DNA of 64,000 bases from Lama guanicoe (Eukaryota): positions 1,507,058 to 1,571,057 of the forward strand of contig MU053487.1 of NCBI GenBank assembly GCA_013239625.1, written 5' to 3'. The stretch's first letter is position 1, and each line of letters starts with the position of its first letter. The notes beneath the pieces are model-generated. The model was not told the origin of the DNA, ran no database searches, and saw nothing but the letters and a program-made list of their open reading frames with translations. Position numbers and translations under genes: made by a program. This document shows positions 11,356 through 25,529 of this stretch, piece after piece.

Positions 11356-12169
11356 CAGACTTCCTTCTGAAAGGTTAAACATAATATGTTCTTGTTATTA
11401 TAAAAGCTAGCATGATATTTATTATTATCTAAACCTATCATTATTATATATTTTTGTATTTTCTGTGGAACTTAGTCTAAAAAGATATAAAGGTATATGT
11501 ATCCTAGATCATCTGGCTGGCCAGTTTATTGTCAGAGATTATCTTGTAATTTTAGTGACTATGTCTAATTGGTATTGGTGATTATTTTGATGCCCAGTGA
11601 ATATCCATGGTAACAACATTTAACTACTAATGTGTTGGTAAGCAAACCAGACTGACAGAGTAGGGCCTGTTTTAATGCCAACTTGATCAAAGTCACCCCG
11701 GGCCTTCAGCTGTATTAAATGACCAGTAACATACTCTTCTTTACACGATGATAGTTCACAACAGAAGGATGGTCCCACAGGATCCAACTTCTGTGTTTAA
11801 GTTCTTTAACAAAGTGAGACATTGTTTTGACATCATACACATGGCAATGCAACCAGCCACTAGAAATAATTTTACTGCAGCCGTCTTCTATGAAAAGAAT
11901 AGAAAGGAGTTTAGTATGCAGTGATCTGTATGCAAAATGGAGATCATTGCACACAGTGTAGCCATAGCTTATGGACAAATAATAGTTTACTAATGGTTTA
12001 AGAAAAGGAGAAAGAGCACTTCCCCATCAGTAGGACCGTACAAGTATGCTAGCCTCAAAAGCACATGTGCATCAACGAGCAATTTCATATTCACATCACA
12101 GCCAAAACTTTTTGTGCCAGGAAAATAGCACTTCTTCCAACTCTCAGAGCTCCCACCCTGGTCTGAGTG

Positions 12170-12810
12170 ACCAGCAACCCCCACCTGCCCCCTCCCTGGG
12201 CACCACCAAGTCTGCCTTGTTTCCTGTGCTGATCTTGCTAAAACAATTCAAATCGGGCCACTCCTCTGCTCAGAACCTGATGAAGCCTTTCTGTCTCACG
12301 AAAAGTAAAGGCACCATTTTCTGCAAGGGCCTCCGAGCCTCCCCAGGATCCTTCTCCCCACTCTCTCATGCCCTGAGAGTGCAGGTCACACCCTGGACGA
12401 TCAGGCTCCGTGCTGCTGGGGTGGAAGCTTTTTGTTCTTGCCATTTCCGCTGCTGTGAGTTTGCTTCCCACATTAGTACTACCACGGTCTTCCTTATATC
12501 CTCCAGGTTTTAATAAAATCAGTGGCTCAGTGAGGCCTTCTCTGACCTATTTACTTAAAATTAAACACCACTTCCTTGAACTTTCAATCCCCTTTCCTTC
12601 TTATCTGTGTCAATACAAATATAGTAAAACTGTATGTTATATTATACTAATTTATTCTGTTTATGATCTCTTTCCTTCCATGAGAATATAAGCTCCCTGT
12701 GGGCAGGAATTTGGATCTATTTTGTTCACTATGGTATTTTTAGGACCTAGAACAGTGTCTGCACATAATAGACACTAATTGCTTAAAAAAAATAGTTGCA
12801 GGTTAAATAA
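12170..12810 (+). mobile_element. L2 (L2a-like) 3' fragment
   Basis: cactcctctgctcagaacc...cagtgaggccttctctgacc...aatataagctccctgtgggcagg...tttgttcact...cctagaacagtgtctgcacata is the typical L2 3' end. Confidence 0.75.
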
Positions 12811-14624
12811 GTCCTTGATTATAAAGTTGAGGGTTTGATGAGATCACCTATGTACAGGATTTGGCACTGTGTCTTTTTTATTATATAGAAACTTCCCCCA
12901 AAATATTAGTAACAATCATAATTTTCTTTTTCTTATTGAAAGCCAAATGTAGGTGATAACATGTAGAAGAAGAAAGTGTGGCTTAAAACTTAAGAGACAG
13001 GCACATTTTAAAGTGTTCTAAATAAATCTCCAACAGACCTGATGATTTTTCAAAACTATTTAGAAGCTTTGGACTCAACGTTGTAAAATAGCAAATTTCA
13101 AATTCGCTCAGATCTCTTCTCCATTTAAATTCTCAAGGAAAAGTAAATAAAGTGACAGATGAAACAAATGTGATGAAAGGCTTACATTCTTGGGTACTTC
13201 TCCTTATGTTCGAACTCAGTGAAGAGCTGACTTGTCTCTGGAGCCTTTGCCAACAAATAAACACATTTTCCTTTGCTGGCTCCGGTTCCTACCCTGTTCA
13301 GTAACTCCTCAGTGTTGCAAGGCCCTCTGGTTTTTTCTTCTGTCCCTCAATGAACTCACTACTCACATGTTTCTAGCTGTTGCCTGAGCTCAGATTATAT
13401 CCAGTTCTCTTTCAACGGTTGTACATTCCTTGCTGTCTCTAAAATATCCTTATATCTAAACATCATAACTCTGCTAGGAATATGAAACTCTCTCACCAAG
13501 ATGTCAGTTGCCCTAGTGGTTCTGCTGTCTTTGTTTCTTCTTTACTCTTGTTGACCTGAAATGCTTCATCAAAGATCTTAACTTCTTTTTCCCTTTGTAA
13601 TAATTCGTGGATCTCTTGTGTCCCTTTCTTTTTGCACCTGTATTTGTAATAGAGTGTATTAAAATACATTTCCCATCGTTTTCTGACTGTTAATGCTATT
13701 ATACAATATATCTGCTATGTAAAGTATATGGAGAATAAATGCCTAATATCCATAGACCTGGATAAAACATCAGAAAGAAGTTGAAGCCCCTTGTGTACAA
13801 ATCTGCAAGCATATTCTTTTTCTACAAATGACAATTCATTTCCTGAATTTATTTTTCTCATGCATGACTTTTCAGTATTAAAGTTTAAACTTATTTATAT
13901 TTTCTTCCTTAAACAAGTACATTTTTTAATATATTTTACATTTTATGTAAAGGTTATCATGCTGTTTTTGCTTTCAGAATTACTCTTTGGTGATTCATCC
14001 ATGGTGGTGTGTGTAGCTCCAGTTTATTCTTTTTCACTGCTGTAGACTATTCTGTCACAGAAATAGACTACAGTTTATTTTTACAGTTTGCAACAGACTC
14101 TTGTCTGGTCTCCTTATTGCTGTATGCTTTAATGTCTAATCTACCTGACAGCCTCAATAATCTTTCTTACTTGTCTTCTGAGTTAGTCTCTCGCCCAGCT
14201 CAAGAACATAAGCAGCTCTGCATCACCTGTAATAACAACACTAGTTCTCCTACAGCTAGAATTTGAGACTTCACCACATTGTTATTTCAATGCCAACATT
14301 CTCCGAAATATTTTCTCTATACCTTGGCAAAACCCATCCTATTTCCATCTCCAAATAATATCCAACTACAAGTACACCACAGAAAACTAGCCATCAAAAT
14401 GATTTTTTCTTTCTTGCCTTTAGCTGTTTCCTTGTTATTTTGAAATAATGATTTGACTCAAAAATATGGGTTTTCATGACTTATACCTGATTTAAACCTG
14501 TTCCTCTACTTGAATCCCTAACTTTTTCTTTCTTACCCCTGTAACATGCTTCTTACACAAGTGGTCAGTCATACTTATCATGTAAATATTTTTCACTAAT
14601 ATGCAGTAAAGTACCCATTCTGTT

Positions 14625-15445
14625 CAATAATTATTTAGCGGGCATCTGCTGGGAATGGGTGGAATACAAAGGTCGATACAGAATAAAACCTAGCCTCTGT
14701 CCTTGGAGACTCAGACTAATTATATGTCCATAAAGAGACAGGGACAGTTCAGCGAGTCAGTATTGTGTGCAGATTTTCTGTAAGATGTTATGTAAGTGTA
14801 GACAAAGGCTCGTTTCCCGTCTTTTGGAGAAAAGGAAGAACAGGCACGTGGGGAGCTAATAATACATGTGAAATGATGGACAGCCAGTGAAGAAGGTGAA
14901 ATGGGACGTGAATGGAAGTCATATCAAGCAAAGAAAGAAACATGAACAAAAATCTCATGAACTATAAACCACATCACAATGTGCAGTGGAAGTGGCAAGT
15001 TTTGAAACTTGAGAGTAAGGCAGTGATTAAACATTGTACTTCCCTCCTGGGAGTGTTACGAAACTCAATGAGTTAACATATATAAAGTGCTTAGAACAGT
15101 CCCTGACTCCCAGTAAACACTCTATAATTGTTAGCCAAATGATAGAAGGCCTTGAGTGCCAGGTGACAGGATTTGGATCCTGGAGGGAGTTTGAAGGGTT
15201 TTTACAAGAAAATGGCATGGGAAATTTTGCTTTTGAGACAGAGTACTCTGAAGTCATTGTGAAGGCGTAAGACAGGAGGCAGGGAAATTAATGAAGAGGT
15301 TGTTGCAGTTTCTTCTAAGAGATGGCAAGTCAAGGGCAGAAGCAGCAGCAATGAAGATGAGGAGGAGGTGGCTTCAACAGCCTTTTAAGCTGGCAAGTAC
15401 GGGAATTGAGGAAGAAGCAGGTAGAAGAAGGTGTCATCATCTGAA
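14625..15445 (-). mobile_element. L2 fragment with a nested MIR (15025-15135, +)
   Basis: Degenerate L2 motifs flank a MIR 3' half (aatgagttaacatatataaagtgcttagaacag...gtaaacactc). Confidence 0.55.
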
Positions 15446-16489
15446 ACAAAGAAACTCTTTGATTTGAAAGCATTTCCTGCTCATTCCTCACTAAACTATC
15501 GAATCCATGGTCCTCAGGAGTGTGCATGTTCAACAAACGGGGCTGATTATGACTGAGACTCTGAAACAATGCTCTCTAATGAGCATTATTATGACATGTG
15601 ACATTAATGGATCATGTGCATTGGAAGTGGTGACAGCAGTTATTCGTCCAGTCCCACAATCATGTGTTTTGGTACTTAAAGAAAAGCAGGCATTAACTTT
15701 AAAAAACAAAAACATGCTTCTGACAGTGATTCCTGAATTGAGACTGAAAGCCGCTTGTTTTGATTGAAACAGTTTTGTCTCCAGAATCATATCCTAATTG
15801 TGGCTGTCAGATTCATGTTCTTTAATTGTTCTGTGAGATGAATACATGCTTTTTAAAGGCAGTTTCATAATTCCTCTCAAAATACAATCAGGAATGTATC
15901 ATTGCAGTTTCTTAACATGGAGACCAAGGCCTAACTAGCCATTTCAAGTCAATAGCCATTCATTCAACTTTCTTTGCCTTCTACGTTTGCTATGTGCAAG
16001 GAAGTGTTTTAGGAAGTGGTAAAACAAGTATAAAAAGCAAAAATTCCGTTTTGCATTAGGTCACAGTTAAACCAGAACAAAAGACAGCTGAAGTAGAGAA
16101 AAACGGCAGAAATACGCACAGGACAGGAGCATAGTCTGCTAACGGTGTGTGGTCTAGGAAAGGCTGAGGCACTGCAGGGCTTTACGGTGAAAGTGGGAAA
16201 GACCTGAGGTACATTTTCAAGAGAATCTCTGCAGTGCGGAGAATAAATTGAACAAAACCAGTAAGTGAGGCAGAGAAATAAGACATGCAGCTGTTTGATT
16301 GCCTAGTTGAGTAGGAATTAGTACCTTTACTAAGGCAGTGATATAGAATATGGGAGGAAAGAGAGGATGGCCGAAGACGCTTTGGAGTAGAGCAGAAGAC
16401 AGTGGTGTCCTGTTGAGCAAGCGGTGATCTAGGCATGCGACTGCCATCGGGATCCATTTGGCTTGACAGTTACGTGTCAGGGGAGGTGA

Positions 16490-16800
16490 GAGGCATGGTG
16501 GGTAAGAGCAAAGTCAGCCTGAATTTGAATCCTAGAATTGCTGCTTATTTAGCTGTGTGTCCATGGGCTTGTTAGCTTATACATTATTCTCACCCATTAT
16601 TTTTCATGTCACAATAGTCATCAGAGACCTTTGTCTCTAGAGGAAATTAGACCAGTCCGGTTGCATCAGTTACCATCCCTGGAGCGTTACCTCTCTGGTG
16701 TCTACTTCGAGGTATTGTGGGGATCTAGTAAATTAAAATATGATGGTGCTTAAAACAGCGTCTGACTCAGGAAGCACAGTGTGAGTGTTGGGGATCATTA
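16490..16800 (+). mobile_element. MIR with its core occupied by a local duplication
   Basis: MIR head (gcatggtgggtaagagc...tttgaatcct...tttagctgtgtg) and tail (ggtattgtggggat...gtgcttaaaacagcgtctgac) surround non-MIR sequence. Confidence 0.6.
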
Positions 16801-17626
16801 TCTTATTCCAGCATCCAAGTACATGGTTCTGGTAGCATCATGATGCAGTTCTCAGAATTTTCAGACAAGCTTCATCTTGTACATCGTAAACGTGGATGAT
16901 GCTTTCCTGCCAGGAGAGAGTGGCACCTAGGGAGAGACTGGCACTTTGCATGGCTCTGAACACCCCAACCTTGCTCCTACACACCAGAACATCTTCCTCC
17001 CTTTTAATTAAGGCCTTACTCAGCATCATTCAGAAAGGCCCCTCATGCTTAATCTGTGACTCATAGTCCAACCCTTTGAACAGTACAAATGTTTCCTCTG
17101 CAGGAAGGAACAGATGCTCTGGTGGAAAATAAGTAGGGGGTAAATAAAGCAGGGAGCGTCCTAAATGTGGTGGGACTTGAGGCTAAAGAAAAAGATGGAC
17201 TCTATTTTTTATCGTTACTTGGACTTTGGTTGTTTTTATACTAGCAAAATGCCTTGTTTTAATTTCTGGGTTTTTTTTTTTTTTTGAGGGGGAAGGTTGG
17301 AGGAGGAGTGAACTTGCTGATTTCTGTGGCAAAACGTGGGCAGGGGTGGGGGAGTGGTTTAATTTGTTGTACGGACTTGGTACCTGGCTACAGTGTTTTT
17401 TATGAAATCTATTTGGATCCTATGCTGGAAATTTGGAAGCCTATGTACAAAAATCATTTTTTACATTTTCATAGATGTATTAGTTTACACACAAGTTTTC
17501 ATAGAGATGCTACCTTATACAAGCCCCTTAATTTTCACGACATAGCAATCATCAGAGACCTTTGTGTCCGAAAAAAAGAAAAACAGCCAGATTTGCATTA
17601 GTTGCCATCCCCTGGAATGTGGCTCT
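16576..17626 (+). repeat. Diverged ~110-bp direct repeat (16576-16694 and 17514-17626)
   Basis: Shared exact 17-mer tcatcagagacctttgt, gapless similarity over the 45 bp around it, and ttgcatcagttaccatccctgga vs ttgcattagttgccatcccctgga. Confidence 0.85.
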
Positions 17627-18799
17627 ACCATAGGATGCTATACAGGGCAGAAGGGCTTCTCTCCAGGTAGCAATAAAAGAGTTATCAACTCACACGGGTA
17701 CTCCTCTGGGACCCAGAAAGAAAAAAAAATAATCTGAGTCTGGCACCTAGGTACTTTCCTTAGCGGGTTGTCATGGCAACAGGGTATAGCAACTGTTCTC
17801 AGGATTCTGGGACCTTGGCAATCCTCATGCGTTCCTCTGCCTCAGCTTCTATGTATGCACAGACATATGGGCACCGGAACTGGAGCCAGGATTGAGACGA
17901 GGATTTGGAATTCATGCCAGGATTCCTCTGGGTTACAGGGGACCTCAGCCGACCTCATGCAGTCTAGCTTGCTCGGTGCCTCCACTGAGAGCATGACCTA
18001 TCTGGTTCCATCGCCTGCTGGGGCTCAGTTGCTCCAGCTGTAAAACAAGGGGCTTGGACTTGGCCAGCGCAAAGGTTAATGTCAGCTCCAGAATGTTTTG
18101 AATCTTAGTAATTTTATACAGTTTGCTTTTGGAGTTCTTTGTAAGGGAGCTTGAATATGCTGTTGGATTGAAAAAAAAATGACCTTCATTAGTATTATTG
18201 ATGCATTTATCTACTCTTGATCAAGGACTTTATTCAAGGAAAGCAGTAAACTCATCATGTGTAACATACATATTTAAGAAGACAAGACACATAATTACTG
18301 TGTGTGTACGTGTGTGTGCTCACAGAAGCTTGTGTGCAAGGATATGCATGTGACTAGCTCTTTTATAAAAAGAATTTAAGATTTTTTTTAAAAGGCACCA
18401 AAATGGGACCTCTGAGAGAGTAGAGATACTCCAGTATTCATGTATTTTCATTCTTTCATTAGTGATTTCATTTATTTGATTCGTGACTGTATGACATGAA
18501 ATGCTGTATTAACTGTATGTGTGTGTGTGAGAGACTGTATGTACCAAATAAGGCTGCAGCTTAAGCTGTCTTCCCCTAACATTCAGAAATGGCTGTAATT
18601 TTTATGAGTTCAGTAATCTCATCAGTCTTGCACGTAATTTTATCCTTTGCACTTTGGACAGTACTTGACAAATGGTAGATAATTAGTAAATATTTGGGGG
18701 ATGAATGAATGACTGTATCAATGAAATAGAGTAGGCCTAGTTGAGTTTCTTTACATCTGCTAAGAAGTGGCTCTTGGGAAAGAATACTCTAAGCGTTAC

Positions 18800-19300
18800 C
18801 ATTGTCTGTTGCTGTGTAACAAACCTAAAACACAGTGACAAAAAAAAATCACTTTAAATAGTATGCTGATGAATTCTGTAAATCAGGAATTCAAGAAGAA
18901 AGGTACAGTGGCTACAAAGGAGGTGACTCTTTTCTGCCCCTAGTGTGGGGAGCCTCAGCCGTGATGACTAACTGCTGGGGGCTGGAAGATCTGGGGCTGA
19001 GGGATCCACTTCCAAGATGGATTCCTCACTCATAAGTTTGGTGCCTTGAGCGGGGATGGCTGGAAGTCATGGCTCAGCTGCGACTGTTGACCAGAGCTCC
19101 TATGTGGGGCTGGAGTTTCTCTCAGCATGGGGACCGGCTTTGGAGAGGGAAGATCTGGAGCATCAAAACAAGCTGCAGGACTTCATTTGACTTAGCCTTG
19201 AAAGAAATAGTGTCACTTCTGCCATATTTTATTGGTATTAGGTGAGTTACTAAACCCAGTTCAGACTCAGGAGTGACAGTGCACAGTCCCAGTTGTACTG
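18800..19300 (-). mobile_element. MLT1 LTR
   Basis: tgttgctgtgtaacaaac...tcaggaattc...atccacttccaagatgg...gtgtcacttctgccatattttattgg. Confidence 0.7.
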
Positions 19301-19349
19301 AGATGAGTGACCAGAGGTGGCAGGGAGGCTGGCAGAGTACTAGGGACTC

Positions 19350-19930
19350 TTAAAAAATATGACGCCAGTGTGATTTTCGTTCCTTTGTCCTTGGTCTGCG
19401 TTCTCTCTGAAAGCTTTTAGAGTGTTCTTTGTGTCTTCTTTGTTCTGGGATTTCAGCTCATTATGTGGAAGCATGCAGTTCTCCTTACTAGTCCTGCTTA
19501 GCATTCTAGAGTCACTTCAATCTTAGGGTTTTTTTTTTTCTTCTTCTTTTTTTCTTTCTTTAATTATGGGGAATTTATCTTGATCAGATATTTCCTACCT
19601 TCCACTTTTTGATTCCTGGAACAGCATTCAGTTTTTGGCACTCCTGCTTTGATTCTCCCTGGCTTTCCTTTTATCATGAACTACCATCTTCTAAGAAAAT
19701 TCTTTCATCTCATCTTTCACCTTAATAACCAAAGTTTCATCTGTGTCTTTCTGGATATTTGTATGAATACCAGACTCTTCTATTGAATATTCTATTTTAC
19801 CTGCTAAGTATTTGATACCAAAAGATTTCTGCTTGTTTCTAATTAAGACTTTTCCTAACTTCATGTTGCCAATATGTTCCCCTTTGGAGGTATATTTATT
19901 GTACTTACTTAAAATAATCATCTATTTGAT
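19350..19930 (-). mobile_element. Ancient L1/HAL1 ORF1-region remnant
   Basis: T-rich, with ttctctctgaaagcttttagagtgttctttgtgtc-type motifs typical of antisense L1 ORF1. Confidence 0.4.
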
Positions 19931-20422
19931 TTTCTTTTTTCTGCAAAGTGTCAAACTTTCTGGTGTCTAGTCATTTTCGCCTGAGTCATTACTGACTTGA
20001 TGATAATGTATAATGTGATAGGTCTAAGGTCTGAGCTTGGTGTGCGTGCCAGCTGAGGACAAGGAATGAGCCCAAGACACCACAGAATGACTTGGATGTT
20101 CTTCTGTACTGTCACACACACAGGCAGTTCTGCTTGTCAGGAAATCACCTCTACATTTTAAGAAAAAAAAAAAAACACATGTATTATGAACAGTTACTTT
20201 CCATAGCTGTTACCCTTTAGCCATGGGAATTAGAGGGAAGGGGCTAAAGTAATAAAAACTCAAGAGTTGTTTTTATAAACCCTTCACCCCAACAGATAGT
20301 CTGTGCTGCTTTCATGCTGACTGCTCTACACTAACAGCCTGACCAATGCAACTTCTGTGGGAAAAGATCAGGAAATAACTCTTTAAATGCCTCAACTGCC
20401 TTAGGTCCACAGCGCACTCCAC

Positions 20423-20436
20423 TGCATACATGCGCG

Positions 20437-20478
<42 letters not shown>

Positions 20479-20508
20479 GCCACACACACACACAAAGCCT
20501 CACACACA
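20423..20508. repeat. (GC)n(AC)n compound microsatellite
   Basis: tgcatacatgcgcgcgcgcgcgcacacaca..., followed by two shorter AC runs separated by aagc. Confidence 0.95.
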
Positions 20509-23024
20509 ACAGAGCACGATGAAGGCTTCATGTCTTCCCTTAAGCCTCTCATCCTTTTATTTCCCTAATTTCTCTAGGGTTGATTTAAAGGGAGGAGGCC
20601 AGCAGCCCATGTTAATTTTCCATCTCATCAAAAATGGAAAGCTCCTTCAGTATTTTTTTCTAATTAAATGTATTTCTATGTAACATAACAAATGATAGTG
20701 TAATGTAAATATAAAATGTAATAACAAAATATCCTTTCTCCTAAGTGCACCAGCCATCAACATCTCCAGTGATAGAAATTTCACTTCAGATACAATAATA
20801 ATCCTATTTATCATCATCACCATTGTTTTCATAGTTGTTATTATAAACACTCATTTATTAATTATTTCCTGTGTGCTATATTCTGTAATAATTCCTGAAC
20901 ATATATAATCACTAGAAATCTAGGACCTCTGGATAGTTTCGTCAATAAAGTCATATGCAAAGCTTCAGAATTAAACAGTCTAAAATAAAAAAGAAAGAAA
21001 GAAAGAAAAGCAATGAGGAACCCAGTTCTTGATCCCAATATCTAAAGACACAAATGAAAGCTTCTGATAACTCCATCTCTTGCTTCCTCCGCTGTTGGCC
21101 CTCCCACATTCTCCAGACTCTCGTCCCACAATCTCCTCCCACCACTGTTTTTTTTTTTTTTTTTTTTTTTTTATTCTTTGCTGAGTTCTTCCCATTTTAC
21201 TCCTGAGTCTTAGATCCAGTTCTTTTCAGCTTAGCAACGGAAACATTCTCTTTGGTAGATTTAAGGAAGGGAACATCTCTGAGTGATTTCTCATTAATAT
21301 GTTTCCATTACATGCATACAGTTTCATTTGGCTCTTAACTATTTCTCATGTGAGGACAGCAAGTCTCAGAGAGGTCAGATTGCTTGCCCAAGTTATAATA
21401 CACTGTGTTGAAAATGAAGAAGTGAGGGTTTAGAGACAGATCATCTGATGGTGATGCCCAGGCTTTTAACTACTCTACAGCATTGCTATGCTTCCTCCTA
21501 AGGTACATCCCTAAGAAGTACACCAAAGTTCACACTCTCACATACACTCTCTTCATTTGAACACTTCTGTCAAGGGAGACATTGTACTTAAAAGAACCTT
21601 TCGGAGCGCTTGAGTTTGCTTCTGCTTGCTCAAGTGTATCTCCATTCCCAGAGAGCTGCTCACCTGAGATCACCAAAGCAGTTTTAGTCTACATAATTTA
21701 ATAGATCCATTACCAGTGTAACAGCTATTAACAGCCCATTAGTAATTATTCAGGCAAGGCTAGACACTCTTGTATTAAGGCTTTTATCATGGAATTTTAA
21801 GTCATTAGATTAATAAATAATCAACTACTTACCAGCAGTGTTCACTCTGAAAGACCGCACTTCAAATGCCCTGGTGTGTTATTAAATATAATTAAGTTAT
21901 CCAACTGCAGAACCGAAGCAGCATTTCTCAGAATCCTGCCGTGGCCTTGAACTTACAGCAAACTCAAGAAACTCAGGCTTTTCGTCTGACACCAGGATTC
22001 AGTTTCTAGTGAAGTTAAGAATGAAGTCTGTCTGCTCATTCAGGAGGCACCCCTGCAGAACCCTCCCTACGTGTAGACATCTTATATTTGGTAAAGTGAG
22101 GAACCAAAAGGAAAAAAATGGGTCTTGTATGATATGATACTCTTGTACCTGTGGGCCAAATCTCTAACAGCAGAGGAGAAGCAAAAATTTGGACAATGAC
22201 CTAGAGAATCTCTTACCTGCCTTCCTAAGCAATTGCAGTCAGTGTAAAGCAGAAATAAACCAGCTACGTTTTCATTTCTGAAAGGAAATACAAGGAGAAT
22301 TGAGAACACTCAATTCCAGTGTTCAGAATCTGCAAATCTGTGAAGAGTTTAAATCCAAATGGCAGGCTCTTTTTATTTGTTTGCCCTCTGCAATATTCCA
22401 GATCGAAACAGTTGGCTACCCTGGTACTCAGTAGCTAATGAATGAAAAAGAAATGAACTTTTTATTTTGGTACCATTTTTGTTATTTACAAAGTAAATGC
22501 ACTTTACTGACATTAGGCCCTAATAAAAATGGAAGGAATTCATACTATTGTCGCTTTACAAATAACCAGGGCACACAAAAAATAGTGTGGAGGAAAAAAC
22601 ATGGGCTTAATACTGATAATAGACCTCATTTTGGCAGAAGCTTAAAAATGAGAAACCAAAAGTGATTGTACAGGGGTAAAAAAACCTGAACAGTGTGACC
22701 AATAAGAATTTGGTTTAGCATGTCTTAAAATACAGTCGACACAGGAAGTTCACAAGTTCACAGTAATTAGCATTACCTGCTTATGAGGAGCCTGGTGCTG
22801 ATCTTAGTTCTGTTATATTGAACTGTTGCCATGACCTTATAAGATAGTCACTAATTTCAGGTTTCTTGAAGGTCACTTTGTTAGGTCATAAGCTTTGGCC
22901 TGACTCCAGACTCCAGAGTCTATGCTCTAGACACTATAACATATGCAAGATGTTAAGGGAAAGGTGCTGTGGGAAAATTCAAACAGGTATTGCTCACACA
23001 GAATCTTGGTTAACGGGCAGGCAC

Positions 23025-23372
23025 TCCTATGGACTGAATGTTTGTGTCTCCCCCCGATTCATGTGCTGAAGCACTTAACCCCAGTTTGATCGTTTTGGAG
23101 GCGGGGACTTTGGGGAGAAAGTAGGCTTAGATGAAGTCACAGAGGGTGGGACCCCCATGGTAGGATTAGTTCATTTATAAGAAGAGGCACTAGAGTCATT
23201 CTAGAAGGTGGTTATCTGCAAGCTAGGAAGAGGACCTCACCAGAAACTGAATCTGCTGCCACCTTGACCCAGAGTGTCCCAGCTTCTGGAACTATGAGAA
23301 ATAAATGTCTATTGTTCAAGCCCCCCAGCCTATTTTCTTATTTTCTTATAGCAGCCTCTGCTGACTAAGGCA
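23025..23372 (+). mobile_element. MLT1A-type solo LTR
   Basis: ctatggactgaatgtttgtgtc start, ctatgagaaataaatgtctattgttcaagcc, and end ttatagcagcc...tgactaaggca. Confidence 0.85.
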
Positions 23373-25529
23373 GCTGCTGGGTGTCCCATGTGTGTTTAAG
23401 TATGTGTGTATTTGGGAAGCTGTCTGAGGAAAGTGGGGAGTTCCAAGTTCAAGATTTTGGAGGAAAATATCAAGCAAGGTTAAATAGATTTTTTTTATTG
23501 CAAACCTTATCAGAGGCTTGAATAGGCTAAGATGAACAATTACTTTGTAAGAGGGGAGTTTTGAGGGTAGGGTTTTCCAAAGATATTTGACTTGGACTGT
23601 CCTTCTGGGAAGGAGCATCCCTTATAAGCTGCTTTCACTTTGCTCTGGCATCTTAGGGTTTAACCATCTCTGAGTGGATGGCAGCCAGAAGTTCACTACC
23701 AACAACAGGTGCACATGTGCCGCCAAGATGTCTGTTTCAGCCTGTCCCCTAGCAGTCACACCAACCTCTGTTTGCAAGTACGGCACACATACCAGCTTCA
23801 GCCCTGAGAGAGTTGGAGAGAGAGAGAAAGGCATGAGGCAGCCAGCTGAAAGAGCAAGCAGTGGCTCAGAGAAGCACACAGAATCATGGGGGATCCTTAA
23901 TGGGCACTCGCTGCCCCAACAAAAGGGAAGGGAGAGATTTAATGGAGCTTGCTGTGTCTGTTGCTGTGCAAGTCCCATCTCTGGGGAAATGACTGGCACA
24001 GCAATATCAGATGTCAGTGGTGCAGACACTTGGCAGATGTGGTGGTGTTGCATTTACCAGAGTGCCGTCTCTGAGAGAAAATCCAAATGCATGAGTGTGA
24101 GAGTGTGTGTGGATGGGGCTGGATGTGGACATATGCTGTTTCTTAGATCTATTGCCCACAAAGCACGGGCAGAGTTTAAAAGGTGAAATTTGACATGGTA
24201 TTTGCTGCGCACTGATACAGTTTAATTTTTACAGTCGCATTTTTTTAAGCCAAATCCCCACACATACACACTCGCACCTACGTGAAAGAAATCAAATTGC
24301 CCCTGGCACCCACGGGAAAGAAGTGCTCTTACTCTGCTTCCAAAGCAGTTGTCAGATCTCTGGTAATATCTCAAACCAGAGCCTTGCCTTTTATGTGACA
24401 AGGACTCTTAAAAGCCTGATAGCTTGTTCTAGGGGGAAAAAAAGTAGAAAATGGAAAGATGGAGTTTATTTGAAGTTGAAGTTGAGAGAAAAGGAGAGGC
24501 AGAAGATTCATACACATACATGAAATTTCATCCTCATTCTGCCTTTCTCTCCTCTGTCAGGTGGAGTGGTGCCCCCAAGTAGGGCTGGACTCAAAGCAGG
24601 TGCTCAGAGTACTTGAACTGGATTAAATTAATTGAGTTGAGTCTAATTGAATCAAATAGAATCAGATAGATTCCGAGTCTTCACCTCTGTCCGAGGAAAG
24701 TTTATTTAGGATTGATCTTGGACATACGGATGCACCTGAAGCAAATGGGCAGTGAGATTTGTGTCCCAGGCAAGAGTTGCTAGCAAGCAAGAAGTCTATA
24801 GGTCCTTAAGCAAGAGCAAGATCAGAAGCAAAATTTCAGATAGACAGATCTGAATGAGAAAATAACGTAGAATTTGGGGTGTGGAGAAAATCCCAGAAGA
24901 CTTATGTTCAGGGCAAACTTTGTTGGTGACGGGGCTGGGTTATTAGAGTAGAATATTTATGATGGTCGAGGGATGGTAACCAGGGGCCCTGATGTTCAGA
25001 GGAGGCAGCCCATCATGGGGACCAAGATATTCCAAACTTGAGCAGAGGTGACCAAGAAAACTCTTGGGCAGACGAAATTAGAACAAGAGGGTGGTTTGAG
25101 GCACTGATCTTGAAAATCCTCCCCTCTCGCGTTGTACGTAAGCCAGAACACGATTAAATGGTGAGATTGCTGCTTTCCTATGCAGATACGGGATTGAAAC
25201 ACATGAGCCAAAAAACCCCACTTGTATTAATATTAACTCAGTAGATTTTCACAAAATAATTGCTACATTATTTTTGCTACTTATTTTCATATTCAGAAAG
25301 GGGAACTCGTTTGAATGTGGAAAACAGTGCAGCCCTGCACTTTTGTATTAAATAAATCACAGAGCTCCAAATCTGGCATGCTCTTGGAAGATAAGAATCC
25401 ATTTTTGCACCTCAAGTCTGTATTGTATGGGCCCCAGAGCAATTATAAATGTGCTAGAATCATTTAAAACTCTCCAGCATTGAATGACCCTGGGCCAACT
25501 ACTGCTGAACCTTCCAAACCTTCCATTCA

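Noticed and set aside
23622-24186. Antiparallel ORFs of 143 and 170 aa
   Set aside because: No recognisable domain or convincing splice boundaries; the length is compatible with chance.
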